Notes under the pieces: model-generated | Told to the model about the DNA's origin: nothing | Database searches by the model: none | The model's input: only the letters and a program-made list of their open reading frames with translations | NCBI GenBank assembly: GCA_038065455.1 | Contig: JBBTQX010000004.1 | Location: 71,157 to 130,941 of the forward strand | DNA: 59,785 nt | Direction of reading: 5' to 3' | From: Patescibacteria group bacterium | Lineage (GTDB): Bacteria; Patescibacteriota; Minisyncoccia; UBA6257; GWB1-50-10 | Program-made: the position numbers and the translations under genes | Part shown: positions 33,489 through 41,228 of the stretch, in pieces | Layout of the letters: every line of letters begins with the position of its first letter | Position numbering within the stretch: position 1 is the first letter of the stretch

Positions 33489-35984
33489 ATGACAGAATTC
33501 ATTTTCAAAGAGCCGCGCCTTTTGATGACTGCCGCCGGGGAATTCCTGGTTCGGGTTGTTTCCTATATCTTTTTTATTTTTCTCACCATTTCTTTTTTTA
33601 TGCTTTTTTCTTCCGGGTCGGATTTTTTGAGGATGATGTCTTTTCTACTCGCCCTGTTCCTGATTGACCGGGCGATAGATTTTGGCGAAGCCGACCGGAA
33701 TCTTTCGGAGCTCACGGGCCGCAATCGGAACATCGCGAGTGCCATCGCGCCCGACGCCTACCAACTCTTGAGCCGCGCTTTCCGCAAATCATATCTGGTC
33801 GGGGAGGATTTCTACCTGCTTTTTCTTTCGGAGCTCATCCAAAAAAGGGACATCCGGGAAATATTAAAGCGGCTGGATATAAAGACGGAAGATCTGGCAT
33901 CGAAAATCGGAGAATTTTTAACCAAAGGAAAAGGCGGAGCCAAACCTACCAAGAGTGGGAATTTAGAATTGATAAATGATTTGGCTCTTCTGGCCCATCA
34001 AAGCGCGCTCAGTGCGAATGAAAAATTCATCGAGGCACGGAATTTCCTCGCGGCGCTTGCGAATATCAACAGTCCTGACCTCAAAATGCTTTTCAGTTTC
34101 TTCAATATCAATATTGCGGATATCCAGGCCGCCTCGGTTTTCGGGCGATTCCGAAGCTTTTTCGGCCGTATGCGGATTTTGCCCGCCGTGCTGGGCGGTT
34201 TCGCCCATCGGCCCAAATTCCTGCGCCATCGTGTGATGAATCGCTCCTGGACGGCTCGGCCTACGCCGACGCTCGACCAGTTCAGTACCGATTTTACCGA
34301 CCTGGCTCGGGAGGAACAGATTGGATTCCTGGTCGGCCACGAGAGCGATTATGAGAAACTCATCCAAATAATCTCCCGGCCGGGCAAACCGAATGTCATT
34401 CTTTCCGGCGAAGCCGGAGTGGGCAAGTCATCCATTATCGCCCATCTGGCGTTTAAAATGATCAAAGACGAGGTGCCGCCCGTACTGTTCGATAAGCGCC
34501 TGGTTTCCCTGGAGTTGAGCCGGCTCGTGGCGGATGCGACGGGAGATGTTTTGAGCGGCCGGCTCCAGAAAATCACCGACGAGATACTTTTGGCGGGGAA
34601 TATCGTTCTTTTCATACCCAATATCCACGACCTTTTCCGGACCGCCGAGACGAAAGCTCTGAATGCAATCGACGTCATATTGCCTATCATAAGAAGCAAC
34701 GGCATTCCGGTCATCGGCGAAACTTATCCCCGCGAATTCAAGCAATTCATCGAGCCGCGTTCGGATTTCCTGGAGCAGTTCGAAATCGTGAAGGTGGAAG
34801 AAATTTCCGAAGAAGAAGCCGTCCGTTATCTTACTTATGAAAGCCTGATAATGGAGAGGGAATACCGTGTTTTCATTTCCTATCGCGCCATCCGCGAAGC
34901 GGTGGTTCTGGCCCACCGGTATTTGAGGGATAAACCCTTGCCGGGGAGTGCTTCCAATCTTTTGAAGCTCGCGCTTTCGGAAACCAAAGAAACCGGCGGA
35001 AAAACTTTGGATGCGGATCTTGTGGCGGCGGTGGCCGAGAAGATGACGCGGATACCCATCCAGAAAGCGGGCAAGTCCGAAACGAAAAAACTTTTGAATT
35101 TGGAAGATATCATTCACGAAAAATTCGTGAACCAGGACGCGGCCGTGCATTCGGTGTCGCGTTCTCTTCGGGAATACCGGAGCGGCCTCACGCGTCGGGG
35201 CGGGCCCATTGCCACATTTCTTTTCGTGGGGCCGACCGGCGTCGGAAAAACGGAGCTCGCGAAGATATTGGCCAAAACCCAATTCGGCTCCAAAGAAGCG
35301 ATGGAAAGATTCGATATGTCCGAATACCAGGATAAGACGAGTATTTTCCGCCTGATCGGCAATCCCGACGCTTCGCAGACGGGCACTTTGACCGATGCCG
35401 TTTTGGAAAAACCTTACGCGCTCATCCTTCTCGATGAATTCGAGAAATCCCATCCGGATGTTTTAAATTTATTTCTCCAGGTTTTCGACGACGGCCGGCT
35501 CACCGACAGCCTCGGCCGGACGGTGAGTTTCGAAAATACGATAATCATCGCGACCTCGAACGCCCACTCGGAGTTCATAAAATTGGAAACGGAAAAAGGG
35601 AGACCGAGCGAGGAGATCGCCGACGACCTCAAGAGGAAGCTCACCGACTACTTCAAGCCGGAGCTTATCAACCGTTTTTCGGATGTTATTGTTTTCCGCA
35701 ATCTGAACAAGGAAGAAATTGCTTCCGTGACCGAGTTTCTGATGCGGAATTTGGCGGGACTTGCTTCCGAAACGAACGGCATTACGCTTTCTTGGGATAA
35801 GGAGACAATCAAGCAATTGGCAGAGCTGGGCTATAGTCCCGTCTTCGGCGCGCGGCCCCTGCGGCAGGCCATTGCCGATAATATCCGGAGCGTTTTGGCC
35901 GAGAAAATCCTCAAAGAGGAGATAAAACGCGGCGACAGCGTGAAGATAACCTTTGAGAAAGACAAATTCGAATTCAAAATATGA
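33489..35984 (+). CDS. ClpA/B/C-family double AAA+ ATPase with N-terminal transmembrane segment(s)
   Basis: 831 aa with hydrophobic N-terminal helices (VSYIFFIFLTISFFMLF, FLRMMSFLLALFLI) and Clp_N-like repeats. Two Walker A motifs are present (GEAGVGKSS, GPTGVGKTE). There is no long coiled-coil M-domain. Confidence 0.85.
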   Translation: MTEFIFKEPRLLMTAAGEFLVRVVSYIFFIFLTISFFMLFSSGSDFLRMMSFLLALFLIDRAIDFGEADRNLSELTGRNRNIASAIAPDAYQLLSRAFRKSYLVGEDFYLLFLSELIQKRDIREILKRLDIKTEDLASKIGEFLTKGKGGAKPTKSGNLELINDLALLAHQSALSANEKFIEARNFLAALANINSPDLKMLFSFFNINIADIQAASVFGRFRSFFGRMRILPAVLGGFAHRPKFLRHRVMNRSWTARPTPTLDQFSTDFTDLAREEQIGFLVGHESDYEKLIQIISRPGKPNVILSGEAGVGKSSIIAHLAFKMIKDEVPPVLFDKRLVSLELSRLVADATGDVLSGRLQKITDEILLAGNIVLFIPNIHDLFRTAETKALNAIDVILPIIRSNGIPVIGETYPREFKQFIEPRSDFLEQFEIVKVEEISEEEAVRYLTYESLIMEREYRVFISYRAIREAVVLAHRYLRDKPLPGSASNLLKLALSETKETGGKTLDADLVAAVAEKMTRIPIQKAGKSETKKLLNLEDIIHEKFVNQDAAVHSVSRSLREYRSGLTRRGGPIATFLFVGPTGVGKTELAKILAKTQFGSKEAMERFDMSEYQDKTSIFRLIGNPDASQTGTLTDAVLEKPYALILLDEFEKSHPDVLNLFLQVFDDGRLTDSLGRTVSFENTIIIATSNAHSEFIKLETEKGRPSEEIADDLKRKLTDYFKPELINRFSDVIVFRNLNKEEIASVTEFLMRNLAGLASETNGITLSWDKETIKQLAELGYSPVFGARPLRQAIADNIRSVLAEKILKEEIKRGDSVKITFEKDKFEFKI

Positions 35985-36481
35985 TTCCCATTCCCAATTC
36001 CAATCAGGAAATATCCGCCGGCGTCATCATCTACCGCCGAACAAACGAGGGGCCGAAATTCCTCATTCTCTATAACGGCGGGCCTTATTGGAATTTTCCG
36101 AAAGGGAAGCTCGCGGAGGGGGAACGAAGCTTTCGGGCGGCGCTTCGGGAGGTTTGGGAGGAGACGGGTTTGAGCTTCCGCGACCTCAAATTCTCCGACC
36201 GTTTCAAAGTGGAAGACAAATTCACCTACTTCCGGAATAAGCAGAAAATTTGGAAGACCGTCACCTACTATCTGGCCGAGACCTCGAATCCGTACGTCCG
36301 GCTGAAGATAAAGCCCGAAAACGTTCCGGGTGAAAAACACCAGGGTTACGGCTGGTTCCTTTTTCGGGACGCGATGCGAATACTGAAAGCGCCGAATTTG
36401 AAGAATAGCCTGAAAAAAGCCTACGGTCTGATTTCGGGCAAGAGTCTTAATCGTCCTCCGGCGGCCGCCCCGAAGAAATAA
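35981..36481 (+). CDS. NUDIX hydrolase
   Basis: 166 aa with Nudix box GKLAEGERSFRAALREVWEETG. Confidence 0.85.
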   Translation: MIPIPNSNQEISAGVIIYRRTNEGPKFLILYNGGPYWNFPKGKLAEGERSFRAALREVWEETGLSFRDLKFSDRFKVEDKFTYFRNKQKIWKTVTYYLAETSNPYVRLKIKPENVPGEKHQGYGWFLFRDAMRILKAPNLKNSLKKAYGLISGKSLNRPPAAAPKK

Positions 36482-36516
36482 AAACCCAGCCAATCCATGG
36501 ATCGGCCGGGTTATTT
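36480..36516. terminator. bidirectional hairpin between the NUDIX gene and rplT
   Basis: Hairpin ACCCAGCCAATCC-atgg-ATCGGCCGGGT flanked by an A-run and a T-rich tail. Confidence 0.45.
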
Positions 36517-36855
36517 GACGGCTTCGACGATTTTCTTGAAGACCTCCGGGTGATTCTGGGCCAGGTCCGCGAGAATTTTCCTGTCCAATTTTATATCCTT
36601 CTTTTTCAGGGCATTTATGAATTGGCTGTACTTCATTCCGTGCTCCTTGGCCGCGGCGCCGAGCTGAACCTGCCAGAGCCGGCGATAATCGCGCTTCTTT
36701 TCTTTGCGGCCCTTGAACATCCGCGAGAGCCCGTGAAGCAAAGCTTCCTTGGCCGCCCGTTCTTTGGACTTGCGGCCCCAACGATAGCCCTTTGTGAGCT
36801 TCAATAACTTCTCCCTTTTTTTGTGGGCGACGGTGCCCCGTTTTACTCTTGGCAT
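36511..36855 (-). CDS. rplT: 50S ribosomal protein L20
   Basis: 114 aa, MPRVKRGTVAHKKREKLLKLTKGYRG-type sequence. Confidence 0.95.
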   Translation of the reverse strand: MPRVKRGTVAHKKREKLLKLTKGYRWGRKSKERAAKEALLHGLSRMFKGRKEKKRDYRRLWQVQLGAAAKEHGMKYSQFINALKKKDIKLDRKILADLAQNHPEVFKKIVEAVK

Positions 36856-36864
36856 GTTTTTGGA

Positions 36865-37038
36865 TTAAAAATATCTTTTTATCTTTTTTGCGGTAATAGT
36901 CAGTTGCCGCTCATTCTTTTTCCGTTTCATTTGGGAAGTGCTCTTGTTGGCGCGGGAGTGGCCGAGCGTGGTTGAGCGGCGCAGGATTTTGCCCGATTTT
37001 TTCACTTTGATTCTTTTGGATACGCTTTTTTGTGCCAT
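36865..37038 (-). CDS. rpmI: 50S ribosomal protein L35
   Basis: MAQKSVSKRIKVKKSGKILRR. The 10-aa N-terminal extension in the ORF track (to 37068) is a read-through of the repeat arm. Confidence 0.9.
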   Translation of the reverse strand: MAQKSVSKRIKVKKSGKILRRSTTLGHSRANKSTSQMKRKKNERQLTITAKKIKRYF

Positions 37039-37043
37039 ATTTA

Positions 37044-37187
37044 CCAGGTAGTGAAAATGCGATTGCAAATCGTGATTAAACCAACGATTTGTCCTTTAAT
37101 TCTAATGACCTTTTATATAATTTCATATTCTGTGTTAAGTGATAGTTCATAATTTAAATTTAACCTAATCGCATTTCTACTACCCGG
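37044..37187 (-). repeat. inverted-repeat leader element, copy C (fills the infC-rpmI intercistronic gap)
   Basis: On the coding strand, arms CCGGGTAGTAGAAATGCGATT ... AATCGCATTTTCACTACCTGG enclose a 102-nt AT-rich interior. It begins 1 nt after the infC stop and ends 5 nt before the rpmI ATG. Confidence 0.85.
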
Positions 37188-37691
37188 TTAATTTCTTCTG
37201 GCGATCTGGGCCACGAATCCCCGGCCGCCCTGTCTCGGGCTCATCGTTATCTCATGGGGAACGGAAATCATAGTAAGGAATTCCCGCATTTTCTGCAAGG
37301 CCCATTCCTTGTTTCCTTTTTCCCGGCCCCGGAGAAAGATGCCGATTTCCACCTTGTGACCCTCTTTTAAAAACTCGTCCGCCTGCTTCGCTCGGATTTG
37401 CAGATCGTTCAGCGCCGCCCGAGGACTGATGCGCACCTGCTTCAGTTCCTTCTGTTTCTGGGCCTGCTTCTGTTTTCTCTCCTCTTTGCCCTGGTAGTAG
37501 CGGAATTTGTCGAAGCTCATTATTCGCGCGACGGGCGGCTTGGCCATAGGGGCGATTTCAATGAGGTCGAGAGTCTTCTTTTGGGCCAGAGCGAGCGCGT
37601 CTTCTTTGCTCATCACGCCGAGGTTCTCGCCGGCTTCGTCTATTACCCGGAGTTCCTTGGCGATTATTTGATTGTTGATTCTGTTTTGGAT
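37188..37691 (-). CDS. infC: translation initiation factor IF-3 (probable non-AUG start)
   Basis: The ORF-track version (142 aa from GTG 37616) lacks the conserved N-terminus. The in-frame upstream sequence reads IQNRINNQIIAKELRVIDEAGENLGV, as IF-3 N-termini do. The candidate start is ATC at 37691, or ATA/ATC further in. The exact start is uncertain. Confidence 0.8.
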   Translation of the reverse strand: MQNRINNQIIAKELRVIDEAGENLGVMSKEDALALAQKKTLDLIEIAPMAKPPVARIMSFDKFRYYQGKEERKQKQAQKQKELKQVRISPRAALNDLQIRAKQADEFLKEGHKVEIGIFLRGREKGNKEWALQKMREFLTMISVPHEITMSPRQGGRGFVAQIARRN

Positions 37692-37730
37692 ATTCGAATG
37701 ATAGCAGGGAAGAAAGATAAATTCAATTAT

Positions 37731-37817
37731 AAAGAAACCAGGGTATGCCGAAAAAGTGTGCGCTCCGGGGCGCTAGCCCAAGTCTTACCCACTTTTCCAG
37801 CACACCCTGGTTTCTTT
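37731..37817 (-). promoter_or_regulatory. 87-nt three-tier hairpin in the infC upstream region
   Basis: A 14-bp outer stem AAAGAAACCAGGGT/ACCCTGGTTTCTTT encloses an inner stem GAAAAGTG/CACTTTTTC and a GC-rich apex. It could be an L20-type leader or a terminator. Confidence 0.4.
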
Positions 37818-37855
37818 ACATGTATTCATCTAGAGAGAAGATTATTAATTTTTTG

Positions 37856-37887
37856 AAAAAAAATAACCTCTCACATAGTAAGAGGTT
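37856..37887 (-). terminator. rho-independent terminator (minus strand)
   Basis: Hairpin AACCTCT-tactatgtg-AGAGGTT followed by a U8 run on the minus strand. Confidence 0.6.
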
Positions 37888-38099
37888 AAATATATAAACT
37901 TGTGATTGGAATTCTCCAATCTGATTTCGGGTTTTGGGCCCGATTGAACTGTTATTCGCAGTGGCAAATTACTGATATAAGTATAGCATTTTCCGCGGCG
38001 GGGAATAGACCGGGCTGGGGATAACTAAATATAGCCTTTCATTTGGTTAATATTACACCCATCCGCATGAAAATAGAATAAAAAAACCGCTCACTTTTG

Positions 38100-38534
38100 T
38101 TAAGTGAACAGTTTTTTATCTATTTCAAATTCAATGATTTCCGGACCATCCTCAATACAGGCCCGAATCCTCTCTTTTTCCGAATTATAAATACCTATTT
38201 CTTTTTCCATGGATTTTGATATTTTATCCAGGAATTTTTCAATGCCATCCGACCATTTCGGCAGATGATCGGTTGTTTCTTCCCACTTCGAAATTTCTTC
38301 GCACCTGCACTCTTTATCCGAGGCAAAACACATTGTTTTTATGTTTTCAGTGCCAGGTTCCAAAAAAACCATAAAGTAGACAAACTTCGATTTTTCATCT
38401 TCCTCGAACTCCTTCTCAATATCGAGAAAAATGGAAAAAAATAGAACCTTTCTACCTTCGGCAAGTTTCAATTGGGGTTTAAATCCCCCTACAATTTTTT
38501 CCACCAAATCTTTCACATCAAATCTCGCTTCCAT
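38100..38534 (-). CDS. hypothetical acidic protein
   Basis: 144 aa, AT-rich, with an AGGAGG SD sequence upstream. I recognised no domain. Confidence 0.55.
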   Translation of the reverse strand: MEARFDVKDLVEKIVGGFKPQLKLAEGRKVLFFSIFLDIEKEFEEDEKSKFVYFMVFLEPGTENIKTMCFASDKECRCEEISKWEETTDHLPKWSDGIEKFLDKISKSMEKEIGIYNSEKERIRACIEDGPEIIEFEIDKKLFT

Positions 38535-38778
38535 AAAATCCTCCTACTCATGAATTGGTTGATTTTAAAGCGTTTGGAAAATAAACTGCTTTTTAATTTA
38601 CCACTAAAGTCGAAAAAAGACAATTCTTCTCCCTCATCCCTCGACTATGCTCGGGATTCATCCGAAGCCACGGACTTTCGCTTTATCATCCCCCGGATGC
38701 GCGAAAGTTCCGTTCAATTCCCGTTCAACTACTAAAAACACAAATACCCGGCCTTTTATGGTTGGGTGTTTGTGTTTG

Positions 38779-39086
38779 TGGAGACGGCGGGAATTGAACC
38801 CGCGTACGGAAAGATTCGGCAAGCGTTTCTACAAGTTTAGTTCCGGTTGCCCGGAGCGGTTTTGCCTTCCTGTTTTAACGGAAGATACGGAAAGCGGATC
38901 TCTCCCGCGAACTCGCGATATGACACCGGAAGTTCCCTAGCGAGTGTCGGGGCCGATGCGGCATTACGCGAAAGCGAATGCCGGAGCTACCGTTTTATTG
39001 GCAGTTATCTTGGAAGCCGTTTTAGTGAGCGGCAGGCTCAGCTTGCTGCGTTTGCTTCATTCATCCCGTCGAAGCCGATCATCCCC
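38779..39086 (-). ncRNA. ssrA: tmRNA (SsrA)
   Basis: On the minus strand the 5' end reads GGGGATGATCGGCTTCGACGGG and the 3' end GCGGGTTCAATTCCCGCCGTCTCCA. The acceptor stem has G3-U. The tag reading frame at 39002-38964 gives ANKTVAPAFAFA*. It is adjacent to smpB. Confidence 0.85.
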
Positions 39087-39102
39087 ATATTCTGTTTTCA
39101 AT

Positions 39103-39546
39103 CTACTCTCGGACGGCGCGCTGGATTTCTCTATCCACCTCCTTTTTCCTGATTGCATCGCGCTTATCTGCCTTTTTGAGGGGCTTGCCCAATCCTAACT
39201 TCAGTTTGATTAAGCCGCGTTTAGTGTAGACCTCAAGCGGAAGCAAGGTCAAGCCTTTCTCATGGAGCTTGCCCGTCAGATACTCTATCTCCTTTTTGGT
39301 AATCAGAAGCCGCCGGGAGCGGTTCGGCTCGTATTCCTTCGGAGTATTCTTGGGCTGGTATGGCGGAATGTGCGCATTCAAAAGCCACGCCTCATTGTGG
39401 CGGATGACGGCGTAACTGCCCGCAATCTGCATATGGCCGCTTTTGACCGCTTTCACCTCGAAGCCTTTCAATTCTATGCCGGCCTCGATCTTTTCCTGGA
39501 TATCGTAGTCAAAACTCGCGCGTTTGTTGAATGCCAAAGATGACAT
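39103..39546 (-). CDS. smpB: SsrA-binding protein SmpB
   Basis: 147 aa SmpB family sequence next to the tmRNA. Confidence 0.95.
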   Translation of the reverse strand: MSSLAFNKRASFDYDIQEKIEAGIELKGFEVKAVKSGHMQIAGSYAVIRHNEAWLLNAHIPPYQPKNTPKEYEPNRSRRLLITKKEIEYLTGKLHEKGLTLLPLEVYTKRGLIKLKLGLGKPLKKADKRDAIRKKEVDREIQRAVRE

Positions 39547-39591
39547 ACTTATATTCTAGCGATTTTTCTCCTAAAAAGGTAAATTTAATCT

Positions 39592-41184
39592 ATGAGTATT
39601 CGCGATATCATCGCCTCCTATCTCGTTAAAGTCATTCCGAAGGGAACGGCGGTAGATCTGCGCGTACCCGATGAAAACCAAGACGCCCATTATGCGACGA
39701 GTGTCGCTTTTCGGCTTGGGAAAGAGCAGGATAAGAACCCCCGCGAGGCGGCGGAAGAAATAATACTAAAACTATTAAAAATCGCTCCGCCGGAGCTTTT
39801 CGATCGGGTGGAAGTAGCCGGCCCCGGTTTCATTAATTTTTGGCTTAGCCAAAAGACCCTGAATGCCGAGCTTGGCAAGATTTTAAAAGAAAATAAAAAG
39901 TATGGCACTTCCAATAATATAAAAGACAATATCCAACTGGAATTCATCTCCGCCAATCCCACGGGACCGCTCACGCTTGCGAACGGCCGGGGCGGATTTT
40001 TGGGCGATGTGCTCGGAAATATTTTGAAAGCCGCGGGTGCGAAGGTGGAGAAAGAATACTATGTGAACGATACCGGCAACCAAGTATTCACGTTCGGCAA
40101 ATCGCTCTTGGCCGCGCGGGGAATAATCAAAGATGAAGAAAATTTCTACAAGGGCGGATATGTGGCGGAATGGGCGAAAAAGAACGCGAAGTTCGTAACG
40201 AAAATGAAAAGCAAGCCGATGGAGCTGGGTGAGCGGGCGGCTAAAGACCTTTTGAAAAAAATTAAAGCCGATATCGGTAAAAAAGCGAAGATAAAATTCG
40301 ACCGTTATACATCCGAGAAAAAGATTCATCAGTTGAAATTGCCGGAGAAAATCCTTCAGATATTCGGAAAAGGCGGCTGGACTTACGAGCAGGATGGCGC
40401 TTTATGGCTAAAAACCACGCCTTTCGGCGACGACAAAGACAGGGTTCTTATCACAAGCAAAGACAACCTTCCAACTTACCTTTTGGCAGATGCCGGCCAT
40501 TATTTGGAGACCAAAAAGAGGGGATTCGATACGAAAATAAATATTTTGGGTCCCGATCACTACGGCTACGTGAAGAGGATCCAGGCCGTGGCGAAGATAC
40601 TGAAATTCAAAAAATCGGAGGTACTTATCACTCAGGCGATACGTCTGATGCGGGACGGGCAGGAGTTCAAGATGTCCAAACGGAAAGGGGAATTCGTCAC
40701 TTTTGAGGATTTGGTCACCGAAGTGGGAGCGGATGTGGCGCGCTTCTTTTTCCTAATGATAGCGCCGGAGACCCATATGGATTTTGATATGAATCTCGCG
40801 AAAGAACGTTCCAATAAAAACCCGGTTTTCTATCTCCAGTATGCTTACGTGCGGGCGAATAATGTTCTGCAAAAAGCAAAAAATTATAAGTCAAAAGTCA
40901 TAAGTCATAAGTTATTAAATACAGAGGCGGATGTGAAATTAATTCGCTCGCTCGCCCAGTTTCCGGATATCATCACCGATACAGCGAAAGATTATCAGGT
41001 TCACCACATCACCCGCTACGCGCTCGATCTCGCCCACGATTTCCATAACTTTTACGAGAAAGAACGAGTTTTGGGAGAACCGAAAGATATTGCTGCCGCC
41101 CGATATGATTTGATAAAAGCCGCCGCTAGTGTGTTCGAAAATCTTTTCGGTATTTTAGGCATCACCAAACCGAAGAAGATGTAG
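39592..41184 (+). CDS. argS: arginine--tRNA ligase
   Basis: 530 aa, class I ArgRS, with SANPTGPLTLANGRG and an MSKRKG (KMSKS-like) motif plus a DALR anticodon-binding C-terminus. Confidence 0.95.
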   Translation: MSIRDIIASYLVKVIPKGTAVDLRVPDENQDAHYATSVAFRLGKEQDKNPREAAEEIILKLLKIAPPELFDRVEVAGPGFINFWLSQKTLNAELGKILKENKKYGTSNNIKDNIQLEFISANPTGPLTLANGRGGFLGDVLGNILKAAGAKVEKEYYVNDTGNQVFTFGKSLLAARGIIKDEENFYKGGYVAEWAKKNAKFVTKMKSKPMELGERAAKDLLKKIKADIGKKAKIKFDRYTSEKKIHQLKLPEKILQIFGKGGWTYEQDGALWLKTTPFGDDKDRVLITSKDNLPTYLLADAGHYLETKKRGFDTKINILGPDHYGYVKRIQAVAKILKFKKSEVLITQAIRLMRDGQEFKMSKRKGEFVTFEDLVTEVGADVARFFFLMIAPETHMDFDMNLAKERSNKNPVFYLQYAYVRANNVLQKAKNYKSKVISHKLLNTEADVKLIRSLAQFPDIITDTAKDYQVHHITRYALDLAHDFHNFYEKERVLGEPKDIAAARYDLIKAAASVFENLFGILGITKPKKM

Positions 41185-41228
41185 TTTTTTTGCCAAAAAG
41201 CTCCATTTTCATTAGAATTATTAGGCTA

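Noticed and set aside
35831-36781. 316-aa minus-strand ORF spanning the end of the Clp gene, the NUDIX gene and rplT
   Set aside because: It overlaps three well-supported genes on both strands, and its product is R/G/P-rich low-complexity sequence. It is spurious.
37039-37068. N-terminal extension of L35 (MQSHFHYLVN), with a similar extension of TrpRS (46535-46570)
   Set aside because: The extensions are translations of the 3' arms of the inverted-repeat elements. The conserved protein N-termini start at 37038 and 46534.
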